Shown here in pieces: positions 9,099-18,905 of a stretch of DNA of 45,550 nucleotides. The notes beneath the pieces are model-generated. The model saw nothing but the letters and a program-made list of their open reading frames with translations, ran no database searches and had not been told where the DNA came from. The stretch covers positions 21,056 through 66,605 of the forward strand of contig JALTLO010000054.1 in NCBI GenBank assembly GCA_027001995.1, written 5' to 3'. Both the position numbers and the translations under genes were made by a program. The DNA is from Planctomycetota bacterium (GTDB lineage Bacteria > Planctomycetota > GCA-002687715 > DRQF01). Numbering within the stretch: the first letter of the stretch is position 1; the number at the start of each line of letters is the position of its first letter.

Positions 9099-10445
9099 AT
9101 GCGCCTATGGACATTCTTATTCCTGCTTTTCTGGCTGCCTGGCACGATCGCATGGGCTGGGGAGCAAACAAAACCCCTCGATCGTGGGGCCAAAAAAGAA
9201 CTGTCGAAGCTGGCAGTGAAATTCTGGAAGGCCCGGCCTCCCCATTACTTCAAAGAATGGGACCAAGAGCAATGGGCTGCTATTCAGAAGGCGGCACAAG
9301 AATGGGGGGACTTGCCAGAAGGATCATTGGCTGAAATCACTAAGATATTCTGGAAGCCAGCGAAGAAGTGGGGTTCGCGATATGACAAGAAAGTGGGCAA
9401 CAAGGGGATTCTCAAGACCCCTTATGGCGATGCTTGGTTCTACATCAAAGGTGCCGGGGCGAAGAAAGGCCTGGTCATCGGCCTGCATGGAGGAGGAGAA
9501 GGAGCGGGTAGCGCCGACGAACCAGCAGGCACCTGGTCTATGAAGGGGACCATGGGCATGTATCCCCAAGGAATTCGCTTGGTTCACGATACTTGGAACA
9601 CGGTTCACGGCGAGCGTTTGATTCTGAGCATGATAGAGATTGCTAAGTGCAAGTATCAAATCGATCCGAATCGGGTTTATAGCATGGGATTCTCCATGGG
9701 AGGCACTGGTAGCTGGTTCATGGCTGGCCGCCACACAGATCTTTTGGCTGGCGCCATGCCTTGTGCTGGCGTCTTGATGGCAAGGCCAAAAAGCCAGCTT
9801 CCCAAGAAAGAACAGATTGAGGATGTCCAACATGGACTGGTGCCCAACGTTCGAAACTTGGCCATGTGGTATTTTATTGGGCTCTCCGACGTCAATTGTA
9901 TGCCTGGCACCTATCTCTTTGTCGAAGACATGCTGAAAGAACTGAAGGAGTCCGATCCTCGTGGCTACAGCAAGATTCACTTCAAGACCTATCCTGGTTT
10001 AGCTCATGCCATGGCTCCGGGCGAGCCTCACAATGGCATTCGCTTCATGTCCAAGCAAAAGCGTGACACTTTCCCACAGACCGTGGTTTGGGAATATGTT
10101 TCTCGGCCCTATCCACGCTGGAACGCCCGGGAGAAGGTGAAGCGATTTCGCAAAGAGTCCTTTTATTGGCTCCGCTGCCCCGAGGCTCAAGACCGGCAAA
10201 TTATCCGGGCTAGCCGTAAGGGCAATAGGATTGACTTGGAGATCGAAGGCGGGCCTGGGGATGCCAAGGGAGTTTCGATCATGCTGAATGCATCCATGAT
10301 TGATGTGCAACAGGATGTAGAAGTCTTTTTGGAAGGAAGCCGCATTTATAAGGGTAAACCCAAGCCGAATCTGGCATCTTTTCTCACCAGTCTCAATGAT
10401 CGGGCCGACCGAGAAATGTTATTCGACCGCCAAATTGATTTTTGA
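9099..10445 (+). CDS. Secreted alpha/beta hydrolase (esterase/peptidase-like)
   Basis: GAGGAGG RBS, signal peptide MRLWTFLFLLFWLPGTIAWA, LHGGG, nucleophile GFSMGG, YPGLAH. Confidence 0.85.
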   Translation: MRLWTFLFLLFWLPGTIAWAGEQTKPLDRGAKKELSKLAVKFWKARPPHYFKEWDQEQWAAIQKAAQEWGDLPEGSLAEITKIFWKPAKKWGSRYDKKVGNKGILKTPYGDAWFYIKGAGAKKGLVIGLHGGGEGAGSADEPAGTWSMKGTMGMYPQGIRLVHDTWNTVHGERLILSMIEIAKCKYQIDPNRVYSMGFSMGGTGSWFMAGRHTDLLAGAMPCAGVLMARPKSQLPKKEQIEDVQHGLVPNVRNLAMWYFIGLSDVNCMPGTYLFVEDMLKELKESDPRGYSKIHFKTYPGLAHAMAPGEPHNGIRFMSKQKRDTFPQTVVWEYVSRPYPRWNAREKVKRFRKESFYWLRCPEAQDRQIIRASRKGNRIDLEIEGGPGDAKGVSIMLNASMIDVQQDVEVFLEGSRIYKGKPKPNLASFLTSLNDRADREMLFDRQIDF

Positions 10446-10570
10446 TTCCAACACGAGATGGGAAAAAACGTAGCCCGAAACTTGGGGAAGTAATGCTGGC
10501 GGGGATTACTTGGATCGGTTAACCCTATCGGTGAGCGGAACAATAAGCACAGGGACACGACCCAACTGAC

Positions 10571-12406
10571 ATGTCATTAAAACTGATTCAGGTTGACCAC
10601 TCCTATGGCAAGCGAGCAGCGCTCCAAGGGGTGAACTTAGAGATTCATCACGGCGACTGCTACGGCTTTATTGGCCACAACGGTGCGGGTAAGACCACAG
10701 CGATGCGCATCGCCTTGGGGTTGATTCAACCGACCCATGGGCGGGTTGTGGTGGATGGTTATGACGCTCATGAGTTTCCCTTGGAAGCGCGGGCCCGTAT
10801 GGGGGGACTCATCGAACGCCCCGGGTTCTTTGACTATTGGGATGGTCCCCGCAATTTACGCATGCTGGCAAAACTTCAGGGCTTAGAAAGTAAGACCATT
10901 GCCAACCATTGCGAAGAACTCATGGAACTTGTGGGGCTGGGACACGTATTAGACTTGCCGGTGCGGGCTTATTCACAAGGTATGCGCCAACGACTCGGCA
11001 TTGCCCAGGCGCTCATGGGACGACCGCGCTACTTGCTCTTAGATGAACCAGGGAACGGACTCGACCCTGAAGGCTTAGCGGAAATGCGCCGCCTTTTGCA
11101 AAGGCTGACTCGTGATGAAGGGATGACTGTTCTTCTTTCGAGTCATCAACTCCATGAAGTCGCCGAAATTTGCAACCGAATTGCTGTGTTGAAAAAGGGC
11201 AAGGTGCTGTTGGAGGATGATGCCCAGGGCATTCTCTTGAGCGGACGGCCTCTTTTTGAGTTCAAAACATCAAAGCCTGAGGAAGCCCAGGCTGCCATGG
11301 TTGAGCTGGGTCTAACAGTTGAACAAGACCTCTCTGGAGGTTTGATCGTTGACGTGGGAGATTTCCCACCCTCCGCCATCAACAAGGCTCTGGTTGAAAA
11401 AGCTATTCCTTTGGACTCATTCTCCCGCAAGGCTCCCTCTCTCGAAGAAATCTACCTGGAGATTCAAACGCCGAAATCGGCCAAGAGTGCCGAAGAAAAA
11501 TCTGAAGAATCAAAGGATGAATCGCCGGGTGAACACCTTTCTCCGCCACGAGAGATTCTTCGTGCTATGGGTTACGAATGGCGACGTTTGTGCTCTCGCA
11601 AGATCTTCTTCGCCGCTTTGACTTTACCGTTCTTAGTGGCCTTCTGGGATATTCGCTCGCGCTTTGTTCTGGCGGAAGCTGCTTTGCAGAAGATGGCTGA
11701 GGATGGGCTGGCGAGTACGACGGGTGTAACAGCTTTCGAAGGCGTGGTCTGGGGCTTGCGAACATCTCTGATTCTGGCGTCGATGATTTTTTGTGGCTTG
11801 GCCAGTCAGTCTTTGGCAGGGGAGTTGGATCGAGGTACGTTGAGGAATGCTCTCTTGCGACCGGTGCGGCGGTCTCGCTTGGCAATCGGCAAACTTCTTA
11901 CTTTGTTGTCTTGTGCCGCTGTGACTTACATAGCCCTCATTGGCTTTGTCTATGGCGTCTCGGCCTACTATTTTGATTTTAGCCCCTTGGTGGAAATTCT
12001 TCCCAATGGTGAATTCTACAACTACATCAAATTAGACGTACTGGAAGACGCCCTCAGAACAGCCTTGATTTCGGGTCTTTTGCCCATGCTGACTTACACG
12101 CTCTTAGGTTTTGCGGCGGGGGCATTGGCAAGAAACCCGACGGCGGCTCTCATTTACGTCATTGGTGGCGTATTTGGCTTGGACTTGATGAGGTCTCAAC
12201 TGCCAGCACGCAGCGATGAGAAGTGGCTGCCCTCTTCCCATTTGCCTTCGAAGTTAGGGGACACATCTTTCTTGCGTCACTACGAAGATGTGGTCACAAA
12301 CGTGAGTAATGTTACAGAAGTCAGTTCTCAGTACTACCTCGTTCCTTGGTGTTTGCTGTCCTTCCTAATCGCTGTCCTTGTGGTGGCCAAAAGAGATGTC
12401 CGATGA
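10571..12406 (+). CDS. Fused ABC transporter: ATP-binding domain plus ABC-2-type permease
   Basis: GHNGAGKTT, YSQGMRQRLG, LLLDEP; charged linker; C-terminal TM domain with LAGELDRGTLRNALLRPVRR..LAIGK motif. Confidence 0.9.
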   Translation: MSLKLIQVDHSYGKRAALQGVNLEIHHGDCYGFIGHNGAGKTTAMRIALGLIQPTHGRVVVDGYDAHEFPLEARARMGGLIERPGFFDYWDGPRNLRMLAKLQGLESKTIANHCEELMELVGLGHVLDLPVRAYSQGMRQRLGIAQALMGRPRYLLLDEPGNGLDPEGLAEMRRLLQRLTRDEGMTVLLSSHQLHEVAEICNRIAVLKKGKVLLEDDAQGILLSGRPLFEFKTSKPEEAQAAMVELGLTVEQDLSGGLIVDVGDFPPSAINKALVEKAIPLDSFSRKAPSLEEIYLEIQTPKSAKSAEEKSEESKDESPGEHLSPPREILRAMGYEWRRLCSRKIFFAALTLPFLVAFWDIRSRFVLAEAALQKMAEDGLASTTGVTAFEGVVWGLRTSLILASMIFCGLASQSLAGELDRGTLRNALLRPVRRSRLAIGKLLTLLSCAAVTYIALIGFVYGVSAYYFDFSPLVEILPNGEFYNYIKLDVLEDALRTALISGLLPMLTYTLLGFAAGALARNPTAALIYVIGGVFGLDLMRSQLPARSDEKWLPSSHLPSKLGDTSFLRHYEDVVTNVSNVTEVSSQYYLVPWCLLSFLIAVLVVAKRDVR

Positions 12407-13404
12407 AACATGGATACCCAAATTACTTCTTTCTTTTGCTGGTTTTCGTGTGTTTGACTTCTTGCTCAAGCCTCAAACGCAAGTTGGCGAAGGAACCGCC
12501 ACCTTTGGCGGACATGGAAGCTCCCTTAGATTTACAAGACGAGCCAGAAGATGAAGAAGCTCGTCTCATGCTGGACAAAGGGGCCTTTTCTGGCATTTAC
12601 GTCAAAGAAGGAGAAGCATCCCTTGATGACATGCTGGACGAAGAAGGCGGTAGCGGCGTTGTTGTAGACCATGTGGTCGAAAACTCCCCAGGTGCCCGGG
12701 CCAAGATCAGAGAAGGGGACATTCTTATTGAAGCCACCTTGAACGATGGTGAGCCCCAGGAACTCTCTTGGCCCAGTGAATGGCGCAACATCGAGCTGGC
12801 GACGAAACCTGGTTCCCAGGTGCATCTTCTTCTTGACCGGGCGGGACAAGAGTTTGAGACGACGGTCACCTTTGAGACTCGCTTGGCAGCCGCATCAAGA
12901 ACGAAATCGGCGAGCTTTCGTGAGGAAGAGAAGGTCGGTTTGGTGCTGCGGACAGCCACGGAGGTGGAGTCACGGGCAGCGGGCTTGGGGCCAGGTGGTG
13001 GGGCGGTTGTCATTGGACTTTCGAAAGCGAGTCCTTGGCGCGCTGCGGGAATCAAATTTCGCGACCTCATCGTTGAAGTGGATGGTAGGCCTGTGGCCCA
13101 CCCCCAAGTGCTCTTAGAAGCAATTCGGACCAAGGAGGTCGGGGATAAACTCGATTTGCTTGTCTTTCGCAATAACGATCGCTTTGAGACGAAAGCACAT
13201 CTGACCACCCGGGATTCTGAGTTCGAAAGTTTCAGTATTCCCATTTTGTTCAGCTACGAGAGCAAGGGTGAAGTGAGTGATACCTCCCTGCTCTTCGGTC
13301 TTTTTGGTTATGAGCAAACGGCTGCGGCTTGGGAAGTGACGCTCTTGTGGTTCATTACTTTTGGTGGCGGCGATTCCGACGAATTAGAAGAGGTTGATTC
13401 CTAA
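12403..13404 (+). CDS. Lipoprotein with two PDZ domains and a hydrophobic beta-rich C-terminus
   Basis: Lipobox LTSC; VVENSPGARAKIREGDIL and SPWRAAGIKFRDLIVEVDG PDZ signatures; ATGA overlap with the ABC gene. Confidence 0.8.
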   Translation: MKHGYPNYFFLLLVFVCLTSCSSLKRKLAKEPPPLADMEAPLDLQDEPEDEEARLMLDKGAFSGIYVKEGEASLDDMLDEEGGSGVVVDHVVENSPGARAKIREGDILIEATLNDGEPQELSWPSEWRNIELATKPGSQVHLLLDRAGQEFETTVTFETRLAAASRTKSASFREEEKVGLVLRTATEVESRAAGLGPGGGAVVIGLSKASPWRAAGIKFRDLIVEVDGRPVAHPQVLLEAIRTKEVGDKLDLLVFRNNDRFETKAHLTTRDSEFESFSIPILFSYESKGEVSDTSLLFGLFGYEQTAAAWEVTLLWFITFGGGDSDELEEVDS

Positions 13405-14969
13405 TGAGATTTTTTGTCCTTCTCTTATGCCTCGCGTCATACGCTTTGGGTCAAAAGTTGCCATCGGACGCGGCAAGCGTCCAACTACCAGCAAGCCACA
13501 AAGCTTCTGGTGTGCTAGCTGCGGACGTGAATGGCGATGATCTCCTCGACCTCGTGATGACTGCGGTGAAAAGGGGGGAAGAAACCAAACGGTTCATGAG
13601 GGTCTATCTCCGTCGCCCCCAAGGTGGTTTCGCCGTCGAGCCAGACTATAAAATTGATTTACACAGAGAATTTACCGCCTTTCTTATTGCCGATGTTTTG
13701 CCCAAGAACGCCGGCAAAGAGATTGTCCTATTGAGCGGGGCAAGGGCGGTAGCTTGGCTGAAAGAAAAAACCGGACGGGCCCAGTGGGTCTCCCTTTTCC
13801 GTTGCAAATTCATTCTTCAGCGATCTCGTTCTGGCCGAATCCTGCATATGCCTGACTTGGCAGAGGATTTGGACGGCGACGGCTTGGTTGATTTCTTGAT
13901 TCCTCAGCATCAGTCCTACGGCGTTTTCCTGCAAAATTCTCAGGGTCGCTTTGACCACCAAGTCGACTTGGTGTTGCCACCGGCAAATACTGCTGCCACG
14001 GCGAAGAAATCTGGTTCTGTTCGCTTGAGTCGCCGATCAGTGGCGGTGAGTTTGAAGCTTCCTGAATTTGAAAAAGCCCGCACTGGCAAGACGCTGCGCA
14101 GACGTTTAGTCGATTCAACAGAATGGGCCTGGCGCCCTCGTTTGGTCGATTTCGATGGTGACGGCCACAAAGATCTCTTGGTTCGAGGGAGCCACGAAGT
14201 GTTCTTGTGGCTCAATCTCACCTCTAAGAGTGAAGAAACCCCCAATGACCGCTACGATGTTCCTGTTGTAGCTGATCGTTCGCGCCTAGTTGACATCGCT
14301 TATAGCAGCCACTTTCTTGACCTCAATGGTGACAAACGGACAGACTCCGTCATGATCGCCGGAGACCAACGGTCAGACAAACCTCGCACACAGATATTGG
14401 TGTTTCAACAGGGTGGCGCGAAGACAACAAAGGCCTCGCCACTTTTTGGCGACAAGGGGATTCCCAGCCAGTTGATTGTGTTGGCAGGATTCACTGGGGC
14501 TACGGATTTCTTTGACGTGAATGGTGATGGTCGCCTTGATTTGATTATTGGCTCTTTGCGTCAAGACATCATCGATAAGCTACGAGAGAGCTCCCGAGAA
14601 AAGACAGAGGTAGAACTCTATGTCTACTACAATCAAGGTGGATCCTTTTCTCGCGCCCCGGATATCCGTCAGACATTTGAAATGAAGTTGGAAGGTTTGC
14701 GTGCTCTGTCATCAGGTTTTTTGGCCAAGTTTATCCCTGATGTGACCGGGGATGGTATTGGTGAACTGGTGACCCGTACAAGACCTGATCGCATTGACGT
14801 CCATTACTTTCGCAAGTCACGGGATGGTTCCCTGAGCATGTTCAAGACACCACTCTGGTCGTTCAAATTAAATCGCAAGGCGGATCTTTTCGTCTTGCAA
14901 CCCACGGCGAAGGAAAAACCAGGCATTTTGGTGGTTGATTCTAATCTTGTGACGATTGTGAGGTTTTGA
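13404..14969 (+). CDS. Secreted FG-GAP/VCBS repeat protein
   Basis: Signal peptide; DVNGDDLLDL, DLDGDGLVDF, DFDGDGHKDL, DLNGDKRTD, DVNGDGRLDL, DVTGDGIGEL; TAATG overlap. Confidence 0.85.
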   Translation: MRFFVLLLCLASYALGQKLPSDAASVQLPASHKASGVLAADVNGDDLLDLVMTAVKRGEETKRFMRVYLRRPQGGFAVEPDYKIDLHREFTAFLIADVLPKNAGKEIVLLSGARAVAWLKEKTGRAQWVSLFRCKFILQRSRSGRILHMPDLAEDLDGDGLVDFLIPQHQSYGVFLQNSQGRFDHQVDLVLPPANTAATAKKSGSVRLSRRSVAVSLKLPEFEKARTGKTLRRRLVDSTEWAWRPRLVDFDGDGHKDLLVRGSHEVFLWLNLTSKSEETPNDRYDVPVVADRSRLVDIAYSSHFLDLNGDKRTDSVMIAGDQRSDKPRTQILVFQQGGAKTTKASPLFGDKGIPSQLIVLAGFTGATDFFDVNGDGRLDLIIGSLRQDIIDKLRESSREKTEVELYVYYNQGGSFSRAPDIRQTFEMKLEGLRALSSGFLAKFIPDVTGDGIGELVTRTRPDRIDVHYFRKSRDGSLSMFKTPLWSFKLNRKADLFVLQPTAKEKPGILVVDSNLVTIVRF

Positions 14970-16636
14970 TGATGAAACAATGTTTGATGGTTCTTGTCGC
15001 GTTGTTTACGGTTTCACATTCGTCTTGGGGGCAAACCCCAGAGTTGACGGTGTCTCAGTCTTTGGCTCCCGATATCTCGATTTCTACCTATGAAGTGCTG
15101 TCAGGACATGATGGTAAACCCGGTGAGTTGGTGATCTTGGGCACCGATGGCGCTGTGCGCCAGTATCGAGTCTCGGCTCAAGGTGGGTTTAAGGATTTCA
15201 GTGGCAAGCTTGTTCTTGAAGACCCAGATCGGGTACTTTTGTCTTTTGCTTCTATGGTGGGGAGCGATCATGCAGCCTCCCTTTTTGCATTGACGCCTAA
15301 AGGTCTGTTTGTCTATGGGCGTAACGAAGAAGACCAATTTGTGGCACCAGGTAAGAGACTCGTGAGTCGTGCTCGCTTTCGCCTTCGAGTCGGTGGTCCG
15401 AAGAAGGCAAACATTCTTCAGGACGTCAATGGCGACAACAGACTTGACCTTGTTGTTCCGGGCAGTGAATTCTGCACCGTGTGGCTTCAAGGGGAGAAAG
15501 GCTATCGCAAGACAGCTCGGGTCAGAGTGAAGGTGCGAGTTGAGCAGAGTGTGGGGGCAAGGTTAGGAGATGATCGTTTCTTTCAGACGATCACCATTCC
15601 TGATTTGGATATTCGGGATATGAATGGAGACGGGCGAGATGATGTGGTCATCATGCGCGGATCGCAAACAAGAATTCATCGCCAGAAAGAAGATGGAACA
15701 ATCCCTTTTGATCCGGACGTGATTCTGGAGTTAGATAGATTCGTCGATACGAGCCCGAAAGCGACCGTGCGTCCCGGACGCACTTTGGCAGGCACGGAAA
15801 AGGCGAAGCTCCTCATTCGTGACCTGGATAAGGACGGCATCCCAGACTATGTCATTTCCCATCGTCGCAAAGTTTGGATTTTTCATGGCAGCAAAGATGG
15901 CCCTCAGTTCACTTCACCGACGAAGATTCTTAAGACTTCAGACGACATCACTTTGATTTGGCTGGCTGACTTGGGTAAGGATGATTTCGCTGATCTCTTG
16001 GTGATGCGCATCGAGGTCCCCACAGTTGGAACCTTGATTACCGGTCTATTTGGTTCTATCGACATCAGCATGCGGGTCTTGGGCTATGAGAGTCTGAAAG
16101 GCAAGCAGTTTGCAAACAAAGCGACGTGGAAGAATGAAATCACTTTTACCTTGCCATCTCTTGGAGAAATCTTGCGCAACCCAGAGGCGCTGATCAAACG
16201 ATTTGAAGAGGCTGCGGATAGTTTTCGGGACTCCCTCTACGCTGACGTTGATGGTGACAAACGTAAAGATTTGGTTCTCTTGGATGAGAAAATCACCCGC
16301 GCTGAGGTGTGGAAGGGGCAGGGAGATAAGAGTTTGGGAAGTGAAGAAAACATCGATGGGATGATGAGAGAGATTTTCTTCGATGAGAAGGACGCGGAGT
16401 GGGATTTAGACCGTTTGTTTGGTTTCATTGAAAGTTTGGGGAGCGCCCGAGCAACCAGATGGACCAAGGGTCGCCCGGCTGACCGCGTCATTCCTTTTCG
16501 CGACGACCCGATTCATTTGCCGCTCCGGGTTTCCCACGGCGATTTTGATGGCGATGGCAAAGAGGAACTTCTTGTCATCTATCAAGTCTTAGGCAAGCGA
16601 AATGCTAGGCGCTTTGATTTGGTTGGCTGGAAGTAG
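14969..16636 (+). CDS. Secreted FG-GAP/VCBS repeat protein
   Basis: Signal peptide; DVNGDNRLDL, DMNGDGRDDV, DLDKDGIPDY, DLGKDDFADL, DVDGDKRKDL, DFDGDGKEEL; TGATG overlap. Confidence 0.85.
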   Translation: MMKQCLMVLVALFTVSHSSWGQTPELTVSQSLAPDISISTYEVLSGHDGKPGELVILGTDGAVRQYRVSAQGGFKDFSGKLVLEDPDRVLLSFASMVGSDHAASLFALTPKGLFVYGRNEEDQFVAPGKRLVSRARFRLRVGGPKKANILQDVNGDNRLDLVVPGSEFCTVWLQGEKGYRKTARVRVKVRVEQSVGARLGDDRFFQTITIPDLDIRDMNGDGRDDVVIMRGSQTRIHRQKEDGTIPFDPDVILELDRFVDTSPKATVRPGRTLAGTEKAKLLIRDLDKDGIPDYVISHRRKVWIFHGSKDGPQFTSPTKILKTSDDITLIWLADLGKDDFADLLVMRIEVPTVGTLITGLFGSIDISMRVLGYESLKGKQFANKATWKNEITFTLPSLGEILRNPEALIKRFEEAADSFRDSLYADVDGDKRKDLVLLDEKITRAEVWKGQGDKSLGSEENIDGMMREIFFDEKDAEWDLDRLFGFIESLGSARATRWTKGRPADRVIPFRDDPIHLPLRVSHGDFDGDGKEELLVIYQVLGKRNARRFDLVGWK

Positions 16637-16645
16637 AGCCAAGGA

Positions 16646-17881
16646 TCAACTTGCTGCTTGAGAATTTTTTTGTTGCTCTGCTCGGCGAAGAAAGCAGCAA
16701 ATGACCGCCGAGGTGGCCACGAAGCCAATGGAAGTCATCAGGCAGAGGTCGAGACCATCCGCGCTTGTGGTAGAGATTTGATAGAGGGCACCGGATAGGA
16801 AGGTGCCAATGAGTCGTCCCATGGCGTTGGCCATGTAGTAGAACCCGACTCGCAGGGCGACCTTGTCATTCTCCGCGTAGGCCACCACTAAGTAACTGTG
16901 GATGGCGCTGTTGGCTGCAAAGACCACACCAAAAACCCCTAATCCGACAATGACTGTGGTTTTCAAGGAAGCCCCCAAAGAGGGGGCCAAAATAATGGCG
17001 AGGAGAGGAAGTATAAGAGCAGTGGTCCATCGACAGAGGTGGAGTGAGTCGGGCGCCCCACTTTCTGCCCGGCCAACGAAAAGGGGGGTTAAACCTTGCA
17101 CGAGGCCATAGCCCATGACCCAACAAGCCATGAATGCACCCACTTCCGTGAATGACCAATGAAGTGCCGTGGTTAAGAAGAGAGGCAGTGAAAGAGCGAA
17201 CCAAACATCGCGGGAGCCGAACAAGAACAAGCGAGCTGCCGCCAGCCAGTTGAGGCGGGGGTCTTTCGAGAAGATGTGCTTGAGTTTCACCTTGGACTGA
17301 GATTTACCTGAAGCCCGGGGCAAGAGGATCTGGCCGACCACCAAGGACAGTCCCAAGAGCCCGGCCATCAAGAAGCAGGCATGACGAAAGCCGAAAGTCG
17401 TGAGGAGAAGGCCCCCCAAGAAGAATCCCACACCTTTGAGGGCATTCTTGGACCCGGTGAGGATGGCTACCCATTTCATTAGGCCGCTTTGATTTCCTGG
17501 GGGCACCATGAGCTTGATGAAACTCTTGGCGCTCATTTTGGTCAGGTCCTTGCCTATGCCAGAGAGAGCTTGGGCAATCATGATGACCGTGAGTCCCAAG
17601 TTGTTCTCGTTCATTGCCAACAAAGAGCAGGCAAGGATTTGCATTCCTTGCCCTGAGATAAGCGTCGATTTAAGTCCGAACTTGGCACCGATCCAACCTC
17701 CGAAGAAATTCGTGAGGACACCGAAAACTTCGTAGAAAACAAAAAGAGAGGCAATCTCAATGGGTTTGAAGCCCAAGGTGTGGAGATGTAGGAGAACCAG
17801 CATCCGCAGGGCGCTATCCGTCAGGGTGAAAGCCCAATAAGATGCGGTGACGATGATGTAGTTGCGCAAAGATTCCTTCAT
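16646..17881 (-). CDS. arsJ: Organoarsenical (1-arseno-3-phosphoglycerate) efflux MFS transporter ArsJ
   Basis: YWAFTLTDSALRMLVL, LSGIGKDLTKMSAKS, LTGSKNALKGVGFF, GSRDVWF, VGFYYMANAMGRL; directly downstream of gapdh. Confidence 0.93.
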   Translation of the reverse strand: MKESLRNYIIVTASYWAFTLTDSALRMLVLLHLHTLGFKPIEIASLFVFYEVFGVLTNFFGGWIGAKFGLKSTLISGQGMQILACSLLAMNENNLGLTVIMIAQALSGIGKDLTKMSAKSFIKLMVPPGNQSGLMKWVAILTGSKNALKGVGFFLGGLLLTTFGFRHACFLMAGLLGLSLVVGQILLPRASGKSQSKVKLKHIFSKDPRLNWLAAARLFLFGSRDVWFALSLPLFLTTALHWSFTEVGAFMACWVMGYGLVQGLTPLFVGRAESGAPDSLHLCRWTTALILPLLAIILAPSLGASLKTTVIVGLGVFGVVFAANSAIHSYLVVAYAENDKVALRVGFYYMANAMGRLIGTFLSGALYQISTTSADGLDLCLMTSIGFVATSAVICCFLRRAEQQKNSQAAS

Positions 17882-18891
17882 GGCATTAATTGGGCAACTT
17901 GAGAAGCCAGCTCAACCAAACGGTTGGCGTAGCCCCATTCGTTGTCGTACCACGCCAAGACTTTCACTAACCGTTTGTCAGTGACGCGGGTTGATTGGGC
18001 ATCAACGATAGAGCTCCGTTGGTCGCCGGCAAAGTCAGAGCTCACCAAGGGACGGTACTCGATCCCCAAGATGTCTTTCAGGGGACCACTCTGGGCGGCT
18101 TTGTCGAAGATCTCGTTGATTTCGTCGACAGTGGTGTCTCGCTCGACCTGGAAGACGCAGTCGGTGATGGAAGCGTTTTGGACCGGAGCCCGAACGGCGA
18201 TGCTATCCAGTTTTCCTTTTAGCTCAGGCAGAATCATGGTCACTGCTGTGGCAGAGTTTGTACTGGTGGGAATCAAATTGAGCTGAGATGAACGGGCGCG
18301 ACGGGGGTCCTTATGGGGTGCGTCGATCACGGTTTGGGTGTTGGTTGGGTTATGAATAGTTGTGACCAGCCCTCTGGTGATGCCGACACGGTCATTCAGA
18401 ACTTGCACCAGGGGCGCGAGGCAATTCGTTGTGCAAGAAGCCGCCGTGACGATGGTTTCCTTGGCCAGGTCAAAGGCCGAATCATTGACACCGACCACGA
18501 TGTTGGGTGGCCCATCAGTGACAGGGGCTGAGACCACCACCCGTTTGGCCCCTTGTTGCAGATGTTCTGAGACTGATTTTGTCTGGCGAAAAGCCCCGGT
18601 GCATTCGAGCACGATGTCAATGGCCAGATCTTGCCAAGGAAGTGAGCTGAGAGACTCTTGCTTCAAGACAAGAATTTCCTTGCCATCGATGAGAAGGTGG
18701 TTGTCCTGGGCGTCGCAGGGGTGAAGCCAACGCCCTTGGATGCTGTCGAATTCAATCAGGGTGCTGAGGGTTTTGGCATTCCCAGCGATCTCGTTGATGG
18801 CCACAATTTCGACGTCAGGTAGACCCCAGGCCGCTCGAAAAGCGAGCTTACCCATACGGCCCATGCCATTGATCGCAATGCGTTTTTTCAC
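17878..18891 (-). CDS. ArsJ-associated glyceraldehyde-3-phosphate dehydrogenase
   Basis: INGMGRMG, TAASCTTNCLAP, AWYDNEWGY; between arsR and arsJ; GTG start after AGAAGG. Confidence 0.93.
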   Translation of the reverse strand: MKKRIAINGMGRMGKLAFRAAWGLPDVEIVAINEIAGNAKTLSTLIEFDSIQGRWLHPCDAQDNHLLIDGKEILVLKQESLSSLPWQDLAIDIVLECTGAFRQTKSVSEHLQQGAKRVVVSAPVTDGPPNIVVGVNDSAFDLAKETIVTAASCTTNCLAPLVQVLNDRVGITRGLVTTIHNPTNTQTVIDAPHKDPRRARSSQLNLIPTSTNSATAVTMILPELKGKLDSIAVRAPVQNASITDCVFQVERDTTVDEINEIFDKAAQSGPLKDILGIEYRPLVSSDFAGDQRSSIVDAQSTRVTDKRLVKVLAWYDNEWGYANRLVELASQVAQLMP

Positions 18892-18905
18892 TTCAGTTCT
18901 TCCTT

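Noticed and set aside
13404..16636. Recurring GAYGGNGAYGG-like DNA repeats
   Set aside because: Explained by FG-GAP DxDGDG codons; not a CRISPR array or DNA repeat element
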